Shown here: positions 13,457 to 25,585 of the stretch, in pieces
How positions within the stretch are numbered: the first letter of the stretch is position 1
Layout of the letters: each line of letters starts with the position of its first letter
NCBI GenBank assembly: GCA_964270895.1
Contig: OZ185436.1
From: Podarcis filfolensis
Taxonomy: Eukaryota
DNA: 64,000 nt
Strand: one strand, 5' to 3'
The notes under the pieces: model-generated
What the model was told of the DNA's origin: nothing
Seen by the model: the letters and a program-made list of their open reading frames with translations, nothing else
Databases searched by the model: none
Translations under genes and position numbers: made by a program

Positions 13457-15685
13457 AAGCGAAGGCTAAAACTCCTTGTTTGGCAGATAGGTATATAACT
13501 GCTTATTTAGTGGCTCTTTGTTTTTTCCCCTGTTTCCTCCTACTACAGTTCAGCTCTGTAAATGTGAAAGTGGTGTTCTTTGTAGAGTTCTTCTTTCCAT
13601 TCACCACTATTAATTATGAACTCAGTTTAATAGCTATGCTAGGGGGATGCGACGGAGATTCCAGCAAGGAAATTGCCCCTACCCCCTCTTCAAAGTGAGA
13701 ATTGAAAAATTGCCTACCACTCAAGGGCTTGGTTATAGTGTCTTGTAAATGCGCCAACAGGCAGAATGTGATTTAAGGCATGCATTTTGCAAATCAGCAC
13801 CTTCATAACGGCACTGTAAGATATGATAGTGAGATAGAAGATGATGCTTGCATTAATGCAGTCTACTGTGAGCAGCATTCTTGAGTGACAGACTTTAGCA
13901 GCATCTTTCCTGCAGCTGCTTGTCTCTTGCTCATAAACACAGATGAGTGGAATGAAATATTACACTGCAAGGCACAGTTTTAACAGAACACCCTGAAATG
14001 CCAAGAACCACTATTGTGTTAACTTGCTGCTTTATTCCTGTAAAAAACCCACAAAAATGTGAAAGAAAAACAGGCAGTGAAAGGTTACTATTTCTTACGG
14101 GAAAATGCTGCAGTACCTTTTAGAAGTTTGCAAAAAATAAATAAATGTGAAAGGACACTGTACAGCATTTTCAAAAACAGTATGAAAGGACACTGTGCAA
14201 AACAGGAAATGGGGTTATATAGTATATATTTGCTTAGAAGTAGCTCTTTGCCCTTTAAACTTGTAGCTATTGCTTGGTTGTTCTCCCCTCACCCCCATTA
14301 TAAACCTCCCTAATTAAGTTATTTAAAGGACGTTTGTTCTCTGTTTTGATTCAAGCTCTGCTGAAATGAATGGACTGATACAAGAACTTTGCTATGTACC
14401 AGTGTTTTTCTGCTGTTCTGCAGTAAGCGGTGGTGGGCCAAACACGAAGAAACATTACATTAAGAGTATGCGAGTGCAGAAAATGTCGGTGAACAGGCAC
14501 TTGTGCTTGTGATATTCCTCTTGGGAAGAAAAATGTTGTGTTAGAATTGGCACTGCACTTTTGTTGTAGTTTCCACTAGCTTTCAGTGGCACTTGTGCAA
14601 GAGAATATCATCACAAGTGATGCCATGTGCATACCTGTCTTTTAAATTTTGTTTGTCTTCAGGTTATGAACAAATCCTTAATAAGCAAGTTCTATTATTA
14701 TTTTATTGTAATAATTATTAGCTGTTTTCAAGCATTTCAGTGAGGTTTCATATTAATAGCACTGTAGATGTATAAGAAGCAACAAGTTATTGGAGAAGTG
14801 GCGGAATAAAGTTGGAGCTATCTGTGGAGGGACATGAACCTCCTGTACATACTGTGTCAATGGTAGATTTTCTGGTTTCTTACATGAAATTGGCACATAG
14901 TTTTCTTTCTAGTAGCATACATGAGTATAGGGCACAAGCTAAGTGGAACCTCTGTGTTCAGAGGCGGTATAGCACTAAATACCAGTTGCTAGGACAAAAA
15001 TCAAGGAGATCTTTTGTCTTCTTGCCCTGCTTTGTGGGATTTCCAAGAGACATCTCATAGGCTGCTGTTAGATCCAGCAGAACTCAAAGGAGGGGTGAGT
15101 CTGAAAATGGTATATACCTTTTGCTTGAGCCTAAGTAGTTCTTTGTGCCCTGGCTATTGTCTGCTAGTGAGTTTGAAAAATGAATTAGGGGCTTAACTTA
15201 CAATAAACTTTCATTTGAACAAGGCTTTCATCTGGGATTTCTATCTTCTTGAATGTTTAATGACCTATTGTCTAGGTCTAAATTGTTGCAGCATCTCTAG
15301 CATCTATACCCTGTAATCATTTCAGGACTGCGGATAGTTCCTTTGGTACCAATATAATTTGTAGGAGGGTTTATGCATTATGAAGAGAGAGATGCTTTTA
15401 TAGCAGGTGGATATTTTAAAGTTGTCCAAGTTTATTTAGTTGTTTAATAATGAATAAGAGGCAAGAGTTCATGGGAAATTGTCAAAGGGGGCACACAAAT
15501 GTAGTTTAAACATTATAAGATATATGCTGCTTATTGATTTATGTGCTCTATTTAAATGAAAGTGAGCTTCATTCCTGTATATAGGAAAGATGTCAAATTA
15601 TTGTTAATTCTCATCCATATGCAAAAATAAAACAATGTAATATATTCTCTCTCTCTCCTTCTCTCTCCTTCCTCTCTCCAACCAG

Positions 15686-15844
15686 GCCCGATACAAGCAG
15701 AGTCTTGATCCTACAGTGGATGAAGTTAAAAAGCTATGCACCTCATTGCGTCGAAATGCCAAGGAAGAGAGAGTTCTCTTCCACTACAATGGGCATGGTG
15801 TCCCCAGACCAACAGTAAATGGAGAAATATGGGTCTTCAACAAG
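15686..15844 (+). CDS. RPTOR: Raptor coding exon (human exon 4 equivalent), 159 bp, phase 0-0: [53 protein letters not shown]
   Basis: Translation matches the Raptor RNC domain. Long CT-rich tract plus CCAG acceptor at 15685; donor AAG|GTACAC at 15845. Confidence 0.98.
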
Positions 15845-17294
15845 GTACACGATTTGCAGATGGAGTTAAATCATGGTCCCTTTCATGTCAAATTTGCTCA
15901 ACACTTATCAAGAAACCAATAAAAGCGTTATTGCTAATGTTTGATTTTAGAGCTTCAGTTTGTTCACACCTTTATGTACCCTCACATTAAGTTGTTATGA
16001 ACTTCTTGTAACTCCTTTTTTTGAAAGGGTACCTGCAGTCCTTCTGGAGGAGCTCTCTCTGCATTAGTGTGTGCACATAAAGAGAGCTAGATTACAGAGA
16101 TAATAATGATGCTAGCTAAAATACATAATGAATGTGCATGTCCAAATTTCCTCCTGAAGAGGATTCCAGAAATTGCTCTTCAAATTCCATAAGCTAGTAA
16201 AACACTGTTACACAGTGCCAGCAATGGGCATGGTACCTTACCTTCTAAGGAAAAATACCCCCGCCCCAACACTGAACAAATCTTCAGTGGCATACCTTTT
16301 AATGCACTTGGCTTTGGTCATTGTGATCTTGCAGTGTATGCTATAAATGTAAGAAACATGAAATGCATTGCCAGGATTTTCAGCTTGCCTTTGTGGTGTT
16401 GGAAGCCGTAACCCACTTTGCATTCAGAATCCTTATTAGCCTTACTCCAGACAGCAAATCTGCCACAAGAGCTTGTACTAGACATCAAGATGTCTTCTCA
16501 CTTGCATGGAGATGAGAAGTGGGTGATAGGTTATGATGATTGATTACAAGTTGCACTTACCCAAATGTGTTTTGCCTTTTAAGTAACACATTTACTACCT
16601 CCAACAGGTGACTGATAGTGAAACAGAGACTTTTATTCAGCAGTTTATTTACCGCCTTGGGGTTGCTCCTAACTGTGTTTTATAGCTGGTTCCATATAGC
16701 TGAGGGAGAGTTGCTCTTGGATGTTTATATGGTCAGTTCAGTTTCAATTTTTTTGTTTTATTGTTCCAAGTACAAAAATGTAGTTGTTCAGTTTGCAGTG
16801 CATTTTGCAAAAAGTTACCATTTCAGCCCTGTGTGGAGGAGAGGACTTAGGTTCTTTCATTCTTTCTATGGAGTAGCCTCAAAGACTTACGTCGTAGTTT
16901 ACTAATGTTGCTGGCTAGTAATTTGGCAGCAAACAGATCGTGTGTTTTTCATGCAAAGTGTCCCCGTGTTCAATTCGAGTCAATTCCAGTTAAAAAGGTC
17001 CAGTAAAATAGGTGGTAGTGAATTGCCACTGTCTGCTGAAGGAAGACTATACTGGAGCATATTACCTGGTATAAGGCAACTTCCTTCCTAATAGAGCTCA
17101 GAACTCAATTAACATTCATCCCAACACAGCACCAAATATTTAATCTAGATCTGGTGTTTAAAAACAATAAAAAGAGATCTTAATGAGTTCTGAACGGTAA
17201 ATAAGATAGAAATAATGTGATGCTGAATGTGCTACAAGAATGAGGGAAATAAATTACTGATGAATGAAATTTGGATGTTGTGCCAACAGCGTTA

Positions 17295-17600
17295 TTAAGT
17301 ATTTATTTATTGTGCCTTTGCCAGCTATCTTGCCTTATCAGCTGGGGTAATCTGATGAAGACTCCACTGTCTATTATTAGGAGATGTCTTAAAGATTTGT
17401 AGCCCAGGTTACGAAGGAGGACTGGATTTGCATAGGTGGAATGTGAAACATGATATATTTGCCTATCAGAAGGGGAAGTGTGCTTTCTTTCTAACAAAAA
17501 CAAAAAAAAAAAAAGCAAGACAAGGGAGGGAGGAAATGCTCTTGCCCTCTGCTTCCAAACAGCTATGTTCTGTACAGCTTGAAGTTTCAAAGATTCTAAT
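17295..17600 (-). mobile_element. Very degenerate L2-like RT C-terminal fragment
   Basis: Minus-strand KLQAVQNIA and LGYKSLRHLL resemble L2 KLQLVQNAA and YKAL..YL motifs; ends in (AAAT)-like tail. Confidence 0.3.
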
Positions 17601-18185
17601 GCAGAGTAAATGCCACTGTTTTGTTTTAAGACGAATTCTAAAAAATATAACTTCTCCCAGTGGTCCTCTTAGGTAGTGCATTAAAATCCAGTGACTGCAC
17701 ATTCACTAGCAATTGGATCAACCTACTACGGAGTGTCCCTGAGATGCCCTTGGTGGTCGAGATATAGTTGTGACCTTTTTTTTTTAGCTGTAGAATTGTT
17801 GCTTCTGATCAGAGGCTCTGCAAATTATCTCTTTGCCCTTCAGTGGAAGACCTGTGAGTTTTCAGTGAGTCTGTGCAAGTCTAAGCACCCATCATTTTCT
17901 AGTTGTGCTATATTTATAAGAGATTAAGGATAATATATTCTGATACATAGATTAAAAAGGATAAACCCTTCAGGAAGTATTATTTCTGTCTGATTTGTTT
18001 CAGCCAAAAAGCCAGATCTCAGTTGTTTTGTTTAACTAAGCAGACTCTATTTTCCACAGGGATCCAAGTGAAAAAGGACTATGTGGCATAGTTTGAATAA
18101 GTCACTTAAAAAAAGTTAATCATTAAATTGAGTTGATCTTTTTTTAAAAAAAAGTGTGTGTGTTGGTGTCTCTCTCTGTATGTGT

Positions 18186-18187
<2 letters not shown>

Positions 18188-18221
<34 letters not shown>
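18188..18221. repeat. (AC)n microsatellite
   Basis: Directly visible. Confidence 0.97.
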
Positions 18222-18226
<5 letters not shown>

Positions 18227-19802
18227 TCACTCTTTTCTGCCATGAATCCCCCCTTAACTTGATTTTCTTTATTCCTCTTGTCATGTTTTGCATAATGTGG
18301 TGGCTAGCTTAATTTTTCAGGACTGCCTTATAAAGCAAGCCTAGTTTTTGGATGTTTAATCTAGTCTGACAGATAAAGAGGAACTTAATAAATAAATAAG
18401 CTGCAATGCATCTATGTTCACTTAGTTGGAAGGAGAACTTGCTTTTCATCCTCTGTATATTTAAGCATGAGAAAGAGAGACAATTGCAGTGTGTTTCTTC
18501 TCCTCTTCGGCCCCCAGATTATATTGCTTTGAGATGGGGCATTTAGGGATCAAAGGTACTGTTTGTCTTCAAGGACTTCACTTTGGTACAGTACTTTCAG
18601 CACATGTAGGAGGAGAGAGTACCTCAAAAGGATTTGGAGAACATTTATTGGTACATTCTTCTCCTTCCATTCACCTCTTGCTGCAACAAGACCAATGTTC
18701 CACTGCAGTATGATAAAATGATTTCCCACTCTTTTGAAGACTTGCAGTGCTCTAAATTTGCTTTGCAACTTGGCAGACAAAGGAAAGCAGCTAATGAGAT
18801 GCTAATGGATTACACAGAAAAAGAAAATTGACATTCTCCCAGCCCCCTCCGCTGCTTTCTTTTATATTTTATGATTCCATTAAAATCACAATTTTTGACC
18901 GTAAAGTCAAGAAACCCTCAAAGTTGTTATTTTGGCTTTACAGTATTTCAGGTACATGCCAGTGATTTGTATATTAAAGAAAAATGGTGCACTGTACTGC
19001 CGGGGGGAGGGGACCAGAAATATTAATGGTTGCTCTTTTTCCTTGGTTGCTTTTTTTGTAATCTTTGTTAATCACTCAGAAAGTAGCCAAGCAATTCTAC
19101 AGTACCACAGGTGCACAGAATTTGCAAATTAAGTTAAACTGTAAGGCAGAAATCTGTTTTATTACCATGTAAGTAACTGGAAGCTGTTCCATGTTTTCTG
19201 ATAGGTTCAGCAACTTCATAGGTGATACAGTAATTTGGTTAAAAGAAGTGGGGATTCATTTACTTGCCAGAGGTCTCAGCTCTATCTTTGTGCTTAGTTT
19301 TCAAGGCAACCATAAGTTTGCAAAATTGATGACAATTCAGTGAGTCTTCTGAGATAAGATGTCTCTCGTTCATGATTCAGGAAACAATGCATTTTCCGTA
19401 CAAGGATGTGAATTTATTTTGCTTAGTACAAATATGCATAGGGACATACCCAGTGTAAACAGCTAGTAATAGTTAACATATATTATTTTCACACACTGTG
19501 TTCTTGGCTCTTTTTATGACCACAATCTCTGATACATGCATTATGATAATACATAGTAAGTGACAAGTGAGCAGAATTCAGAGTAAATTTGAGAACATTT
19601 TCACACTGGATGAACTCTTGTATTACTTTATGGGATGGTAAATGATGATTCCATAGCATCATTTATTTCCATTATATTTGGAATTGTTTCTTAACCCTGA
19701 AAACAGAAGTAGCTTGTTTAATCCTTCTGAGTATTGTAGGCAAAGGCTGCTGTTCACTGTGCAGTATAATATATGTGGGTTTTTTGTTTGTTTATTTTGC
19801 AG

Positions 19803-19949
19803 AACTATACGCAGTACATCCCTTTATCCATATATGATCTACAGACATGGATGGGCAGTCCCTCTATCTTCGTGTATGATTGCTCAAACGCTGGCCTTAT
19901 TGTCAAATCTTTCAAACAGTTTGCCCTGCAGAGGGAGCAGGAGCTGGAG
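19803..19949 (+). CDS. RPTOR: Raptor coding exon (exon 5 equivalent), 147 bp, phase 0-0: [49 protein letters not shown]
   Basis: Continues the previous exon in frame. Acceptor TTTTGCAG| and donor GAG|GTGAGA. Confidence 0.98.
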
Positions 19950-21061
19950 GTGAGATTGTGGGAATGTGAAATTGTGAAAGAGGGCATTATTCTTTTAGAC
20001 TTTAATAGGATCAAGTGGGGGAAGGACCATTGGATCACGGCTAGTCTGAGCAGATCATACTGTGCTTGATGGAAAGATACGTCTAGCAACAAACGTGTAG
20101 GAGACTGGGCTGAAAAAAGAAACTAATTTGGGAAGAGTCTTGCAGCTTTAATTTAGTTCTGATTCTGTTTGCTTTCCAACAGTATAACCATGGCCATTAA
20201 TAGAACTGTTAATTAAATGATAACGTTAATAGAATCTGCTTATGCCCTAATGGTTTTTACAGAGTAGATGAATGCAAGGTTGAAGTTGGTCTATATATCT
20301 CTTACACATTGCGTACTTAGATCTGCATAGAGATCTATTACAGTATCCTTACTCTTGCAACCAAATGTGCAACCGCTAAACTAAATGCTTGAAAGAGTTA
20401 CAAAGAAGGAACTTGCTGTTGTTGCCATTAATTTTGCAGTGTGAAGAAGTGCCCTGGTGTTAATAAAAGGCGACATTTTGTGGTTTTAGTATTAAATTTA
20501 TTGTGGCAAATGTGAATAGCAGAAGATGAAGCCATTAAATTTAAGAAGCTTTCACTTATGCCTTTGACACTGAATTTGGCTGAATATTTTCTCTGTACTT
20601 TGTAACTGCCAGAGATGCCTTATTAGAAACCAATTTCTTATTTTTATGTTGCTAACTCCTTTCCATCTTTTAAACTCTCACTTTGAATGCTAGAAGCTGA
20701 GCCAAACAGATCTAAATGGGATTCTATCAAGGTTGTCCATGATTCTAATATTTTACTGAAACAAAACTACATTTTTTTCCAAAGCCAGTCCTTGCTAAAT
20801 GTTTATTTATTGACTTCCTTGCCTTTTAATTTCTACCTAATAATGGCTGTTGTCTCCCCATAGAATTTGTAGGCATAGTGTAACAGCACTTAATGATTCT
20901 AGTGCTTCAGTCCATCACAATTTATCTATAATCTTCTTATCTGTTGGAGTTTTCCTTCTCAAATCCTTTTATAATTTAAAATACACAAAAATCTTAGAGA
21001 TGTGCAGTGACTCAGGTACTTTAATAACCTCTTTGGTCTCTTGTAGAGCATTACTGTAAAT

Positions 21062-21239
21062 CAGGGGTGGGCAACCTTCACTCTGTGGGCCAAATTTGGC
21101 CTGCCAGGTTGTTTTGAGAAAGCCATGCCCACCTGTCCATCTGTGAGGCAGGTAAGGGCAGGACTTGGCCAAAAGGGGCTTTGGTTGATCAGCCACTGTA
21201 ACTAGGGAAATGTGTGCGGCCTTTGATGCTGACCTACTG
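21062..21239. mobile_element. Degenerate hAT-type MITE
   Basis: Starts CAGGGGTGGGCAACCTT; right end GATGCTGACCTACTG is decayed; the TSD is ambiguous. Confidence 0.45.
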
Positions 21240-23479
21240 TAAAGCTGGGAACAAATCCTTTCTACGGTGAGGGATAAACAATATCTATACATTGCCTGAT
21301 GAAAAACATTTTAATATTAATCCACTGGTTTTTGTAAGTTGCTTTGTTTATGGAAAACCTTTGCTCTCTGGCTGCTAATCCAACATTTCCCTCTTGGTGC
21401 CTGTTTAGATTGCAATAACCTTCAGCCTTCGCATGCCAAGTATTGCTGTGGATTAACTGGCTAAGAAATGTACTTTTCAATTTCAGAGTATACTGTTTAT
21501 AGGAAATGTTACATATCCTGTTAAAAATGCACACTGCAATTTTTAAAAGTGGATCAAGGATTGCACTTTTTTAAAAAAATGCCAAATGTGCAACAATGTA
21601 AAAGTGCACTATAGGTTTCATAATTAACTTAGATTTTGATCTTGGTACTTTATTTTTAATTAAAAAGAAGAAATGCCTGTCTGTCTCCGCCTCCCTCCCA
21701 CCTCCCATTAGGCTTAATATTATTGGCTATTGTTCAGATGGTTGCTTGTATAAATAACGGATATTAAAAAGACAAAACATGTCCATGGTTATCACTTGTA
21801 AATATTTATTTTGGTAAATATAAATACTTCTAATTTAGATGAAGGCAGCCCATGCATGTGGAGACTGGAGGCTATAAGCTGCATTCATTCAGTGCTGTTT
21901 GAAATTTATTTTCTGTGTTCCTTTAAAAAGGGATTGACCTACTGGATTATCGACTCATGGAGTAATTTGACATACTTTTTAAAATTTTGGCCTGTGATAG
22001 TAGTAGGGATTAAGGGATTGCCAGATGGTGTGTTGAACTGGCAGTTCAGAAATAGTTGTATAAATGGTGTTTAAAAAATATGAAATAGTAGCAATGTGAA
22101 ACTTATGGTATAGATTGTCCTGTTGCTTCAAACAGTCATTAATCAATGAGCTAAACTGCCCGGGAGGCCTCTTCAGTTCAGGATTCTTCTATTCATTTTA
22201 GATGTCTTCATAAGTATAGGCCAGTGTTTTCCAAACTTGTGATAGTTTAAGGCTCGCCCGCCCCCCATGTAAATGGAATATGAATTTCACTCACATATTA
22301 GCTATCGACTACACATATGTAGACCTTTCTCTCTGTTGAGAACTACATCATCTGCTATGATTCATAGGAAACAATTTTTGCATTATGGGTTTGAATTCAT
22401 ACCACAAGCATGTTCCTGTCAGCATTATGAAAAGAAGCTGCTTCCTCTGTGGGTGCAGGTTGGGAATGTTTGCTCTTGTCTTTAAATCTCAATGGGAAGG
22501 CTGCAATTAGGAGGAATTCTTCCTCAGCATGAATAGTGCTCCTGAGGGACAAGAAGATGAAGGGCAGAAATGCCAGTTCAGTGTTCTGAAAATGTTAAAT
22601 GCCAATTCAGCTATTTTTGTACTGTTTTGTTAAACCAAAGATGAGAACATCTTCCTTGTTACTCCACTTCTAATCACCCAGAAGGGAAGACTTCACTTTT
22701 ATAAAATGCCTTGTTGACTTGACAGAATCCCAGTGGACAATCCAAAGTTCTGTGTTAAGATTCTAGCAATGTTCTGACCCTAAACAAAAGATGCAATGTG
22801 CCACTCAGTGGTGTGCAAACAGTACAGACGTCTTTTTTCTTTTTCTTTTCAAGTTAATAGGACAGTAGGGCAGTGTTGCAAGAGACCAATACCTCAGATA
22901 TATTTCTTCTGTCTCCGGTGATGAAATGAGCCATTGAAACAGGCAGCCAGTACCAGTTCTTGAGTGGGAAATGGTTCTGAAATTTTCTGACACCAGCAAT
23001 CTATTCCTCCCCTAATAAGTAGCCTCTTGGGAGGGGAGGATGAGTAAATGAGTGATATGAGAAAGAGAAAGAGAAAGAGAGCGAGTGTGTCAGTCCATAT
23101 GAGAGAGAAAAGTGACCCCTGAAGGAGTATCCTGAGAAACTGTGTCCGTCCACAGAAAAGGGTCCCCAGCCCTTCATTAAGATTTTGTGTGGATTTACCC
23201 TGTTGAACAGGGACAGTCACCATGGTGGCATCCAGGCACTGTTGGACTGCATTTACTATCATCCCTGAACATTGGCCATGCTGTCCCCGGCTCAGATCTC
23301 AAACCCACAAGAAATGGGACCATTCCATTCCAGCTGGAAATCATACCCAAAATCCTATTAGGGGGGAACTTTATGGTATCCTTGCTTATAAGCAATATAT
23401 TCTACCATCAGAAGCAAGGTCAGAGACTGCTTAATTACTTCGTATTTCCATGGTTAATTTATATACCATGATGTTTGAC

Positions 23480-23980
23480 ATAGGTCGCTCATGAAACTTT
23501 GGAATTCAGATTCCAAATATTTCCAATAATCCTTTTGTCCAAGCCCTCTTGAGGTTTGGCCAATGTGCCTTGCCACCCTTGGATGGGTTGCAATTAAGAG
23601 AGAGACTATCTTTGGAATGCCTGCTCTAGGGAAGCCCACCTGGCACTTGCATCGATGTCTTTTAGGCAGGCATAGGCAAACTCGGCCCTCCAGATGTTTT
23701 TGGGACTACAGCTCCCATCATCCCTAGCTAACAGGACCAGTGATCAGGGATAATGGGAGTTGTAGTCCCAAAAAACATATGGAGGGCTGAGTTTGCCTAT
23801 GCCTGCTTTTAGGCTTGAAGGATTGCTCATTTTGGGAACGTAATTGAATTGCTGCTGCTGTGGTTTTTTTGTATGTTATTTTAATATTTTCAATATTGTA
23901 CTTTTATTTTATCTGATTTTTTTTACTGCCCTGGTAACTGAAAATGACTGTTGAAGCTGTGTGGTCCAATTAATAATAAA
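23480..23980 (+). mobile_element. Old L2-like 3' end hosting the MITE at 23667
   Basis: Decayed RT-end-like sequence followed by a T-rich 3' UTR and an AATAAT tail. Confidence 0.3.
23667..23805. mobile_element. Palindromic hAT MITE, 139 bp
   Basis: CAGGCATAGGCAAACTC...GAGTTTGCCTATGCCTG TIRs; perfect 8-bp TSD CTTTTAGG. Confidence 0.93.
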
Positions 23981-25153
23981 AGCAGCAGTCTCTGTTGTTA
24001 AACGTTTGTCTTGACCTCTTCCTCAGACTAATCTTGGCCATTTGAAAACCAGATTGAACTTTAGATATATGGTCTGTTCATGTTGACTCTTAGCAGTGAA
24101 CACTGGCAGTTTCAGGGAATATCAGTGTTGTCTCTCAAGGCTTGACCAGACGCATGTATAAATGTATGACTCCGGGAAAGACTCTGAATCCAAGGCAGGT
24201 GCTGGGGCAGTTCAGACAATAAATAGTGCATGTGTTCCAGTCATTTGGCTGCGCTTATTGAGGACTAAAGCCACCCTGTTATAGCTCTCAATTATCTAAT
24301 TAACTAGCTTCATTGAGTTCAGAGTGTGTCTGTAAACACACCATAATTCTGGATAGCTAAATGAGCTGCTCAAGTGCACTGTTGGAACAAAAAAAGGCTG
24401 CTTAATCTTCCTGTGTCATCCCACATAATTGCGTATATCTGAAATGCCTTATTACATGTCAAGAGAAGCTGGAAAGAGGGTGGGGTGGAGAATTTGTGCA
24501 TATCATAGGACTTTGCTCGGGCTATATATAAATTAATAGTGACATATGAGCCTTAGGTTCTTAGTCTCCCCACATCCCCACAGCCTTATTTTCATGTCCT
24601 TTTTTTCAGTCTCTAGGGTATTTTATGTTAGAGCAGTAGAATTTCTTGTGTTTATTCCTTCTCTGTGTGGGAATTAAATGCTACTGTGGGAGTGCTTGTT
24701 CCTTTAGCCAGAAGTACGGTACATGACTAACTGCTTCTGATCAGAACTAATGAGATCAAATTTGCAGTTTTGATTTGTTTTCCGTCTTCAGCACAGATGA
24801 ATCTTTGAAGTTACAGTCCAGAGCACTGTTACGATATATGTCAGTGGTGTGTGGAATTTTCCTAATCTATCATCTTCTGGAAAGAAGAAATTGTTCTCCT
24901 TTACCTTTGTTAGTACATTGACGTAGAAGATCAGGATGCTGTCGGTTCTGAGAAATCACCAAGCCGTGCCAGCATTCAGAATGATGGGAATTGTAGCCTC
25001 AAGCCTCCACGTCCCATACTTTTGACACTATCACTCCAAGGAATAAGCAATTCTTCCCTTGTTCAGAACACACAAAAACAGCACAGTAAAGCCAGTATCT
25101 AAATAGCAACAAGTGAGAGGATCTGAATGCACTTGATTTTTCTCCTAAATATG

Positions 25154-25585
25154 TACTGTATTGGCCCGAATGTAAGCTACACTTTTTTCCAAATTCTGAC
25201 AGTGAAAAGATAAAGGGTGGCTTATATTCGCGACCTTATGCTGCCGGCAAAGCGACATGGTTACCCCCCACCCCAAGGAAGCAGTCCAGGAGCACGGGCC
25301 ATGGTGTATAGCCCACCCCCTGCTCCCAAACCTCCCCTGAGCCGTCGAGGAGAAGCAGGGGAGGCTGCTGGCCAAGCAGCATGGCTCCCCCTCCCCAGAG
25401 AGGAACGCGGGGCAACGGTGCTGAGGGCGGGAGTGCTGGGAGTACCGGGAGGTGGTAGTGTCAAGATGTGGGTTCCTGCCCCCCCCCCCCCGTTCAGCCG
25501 GGAGGCGGACTGCACCCACAAATAAGCCTTGAATTTTAAAGGTGTAGCGTATTTGCGGATGCGTCTTATTTGGGCCAATACAATA
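25154..25585. mobile_element. Tc1/mariner-type MITE, same termini as 12034 but opposite orientation
   Basis: TACTGTATTGGCCCGAATG...TTATTTGGGCCAATACAATA. The first ~87 nt match the reverse complement of 12328-12414. Confidence 0.85.

Noticed and set aside
13161-13498. Poly-Leu/poly-Ile ORFs (also 33933-34247) and KERK ORFs (44695, 55959)
   Set aside because: Translations of microsatellites.
1-15685. RPTOR exon 3 (DPLSMGPQKALETIGANLQKQYENWQPR)
   Set aside because: Not found by eye; presumably upstream of the window.
15845-15922. ORF extensions past the exon donors (also 19950-20069) and upstream starts in the ORF track
   Set aside because: Raptor similarity stops exactly at the GT donors; the rest is intron read-through.
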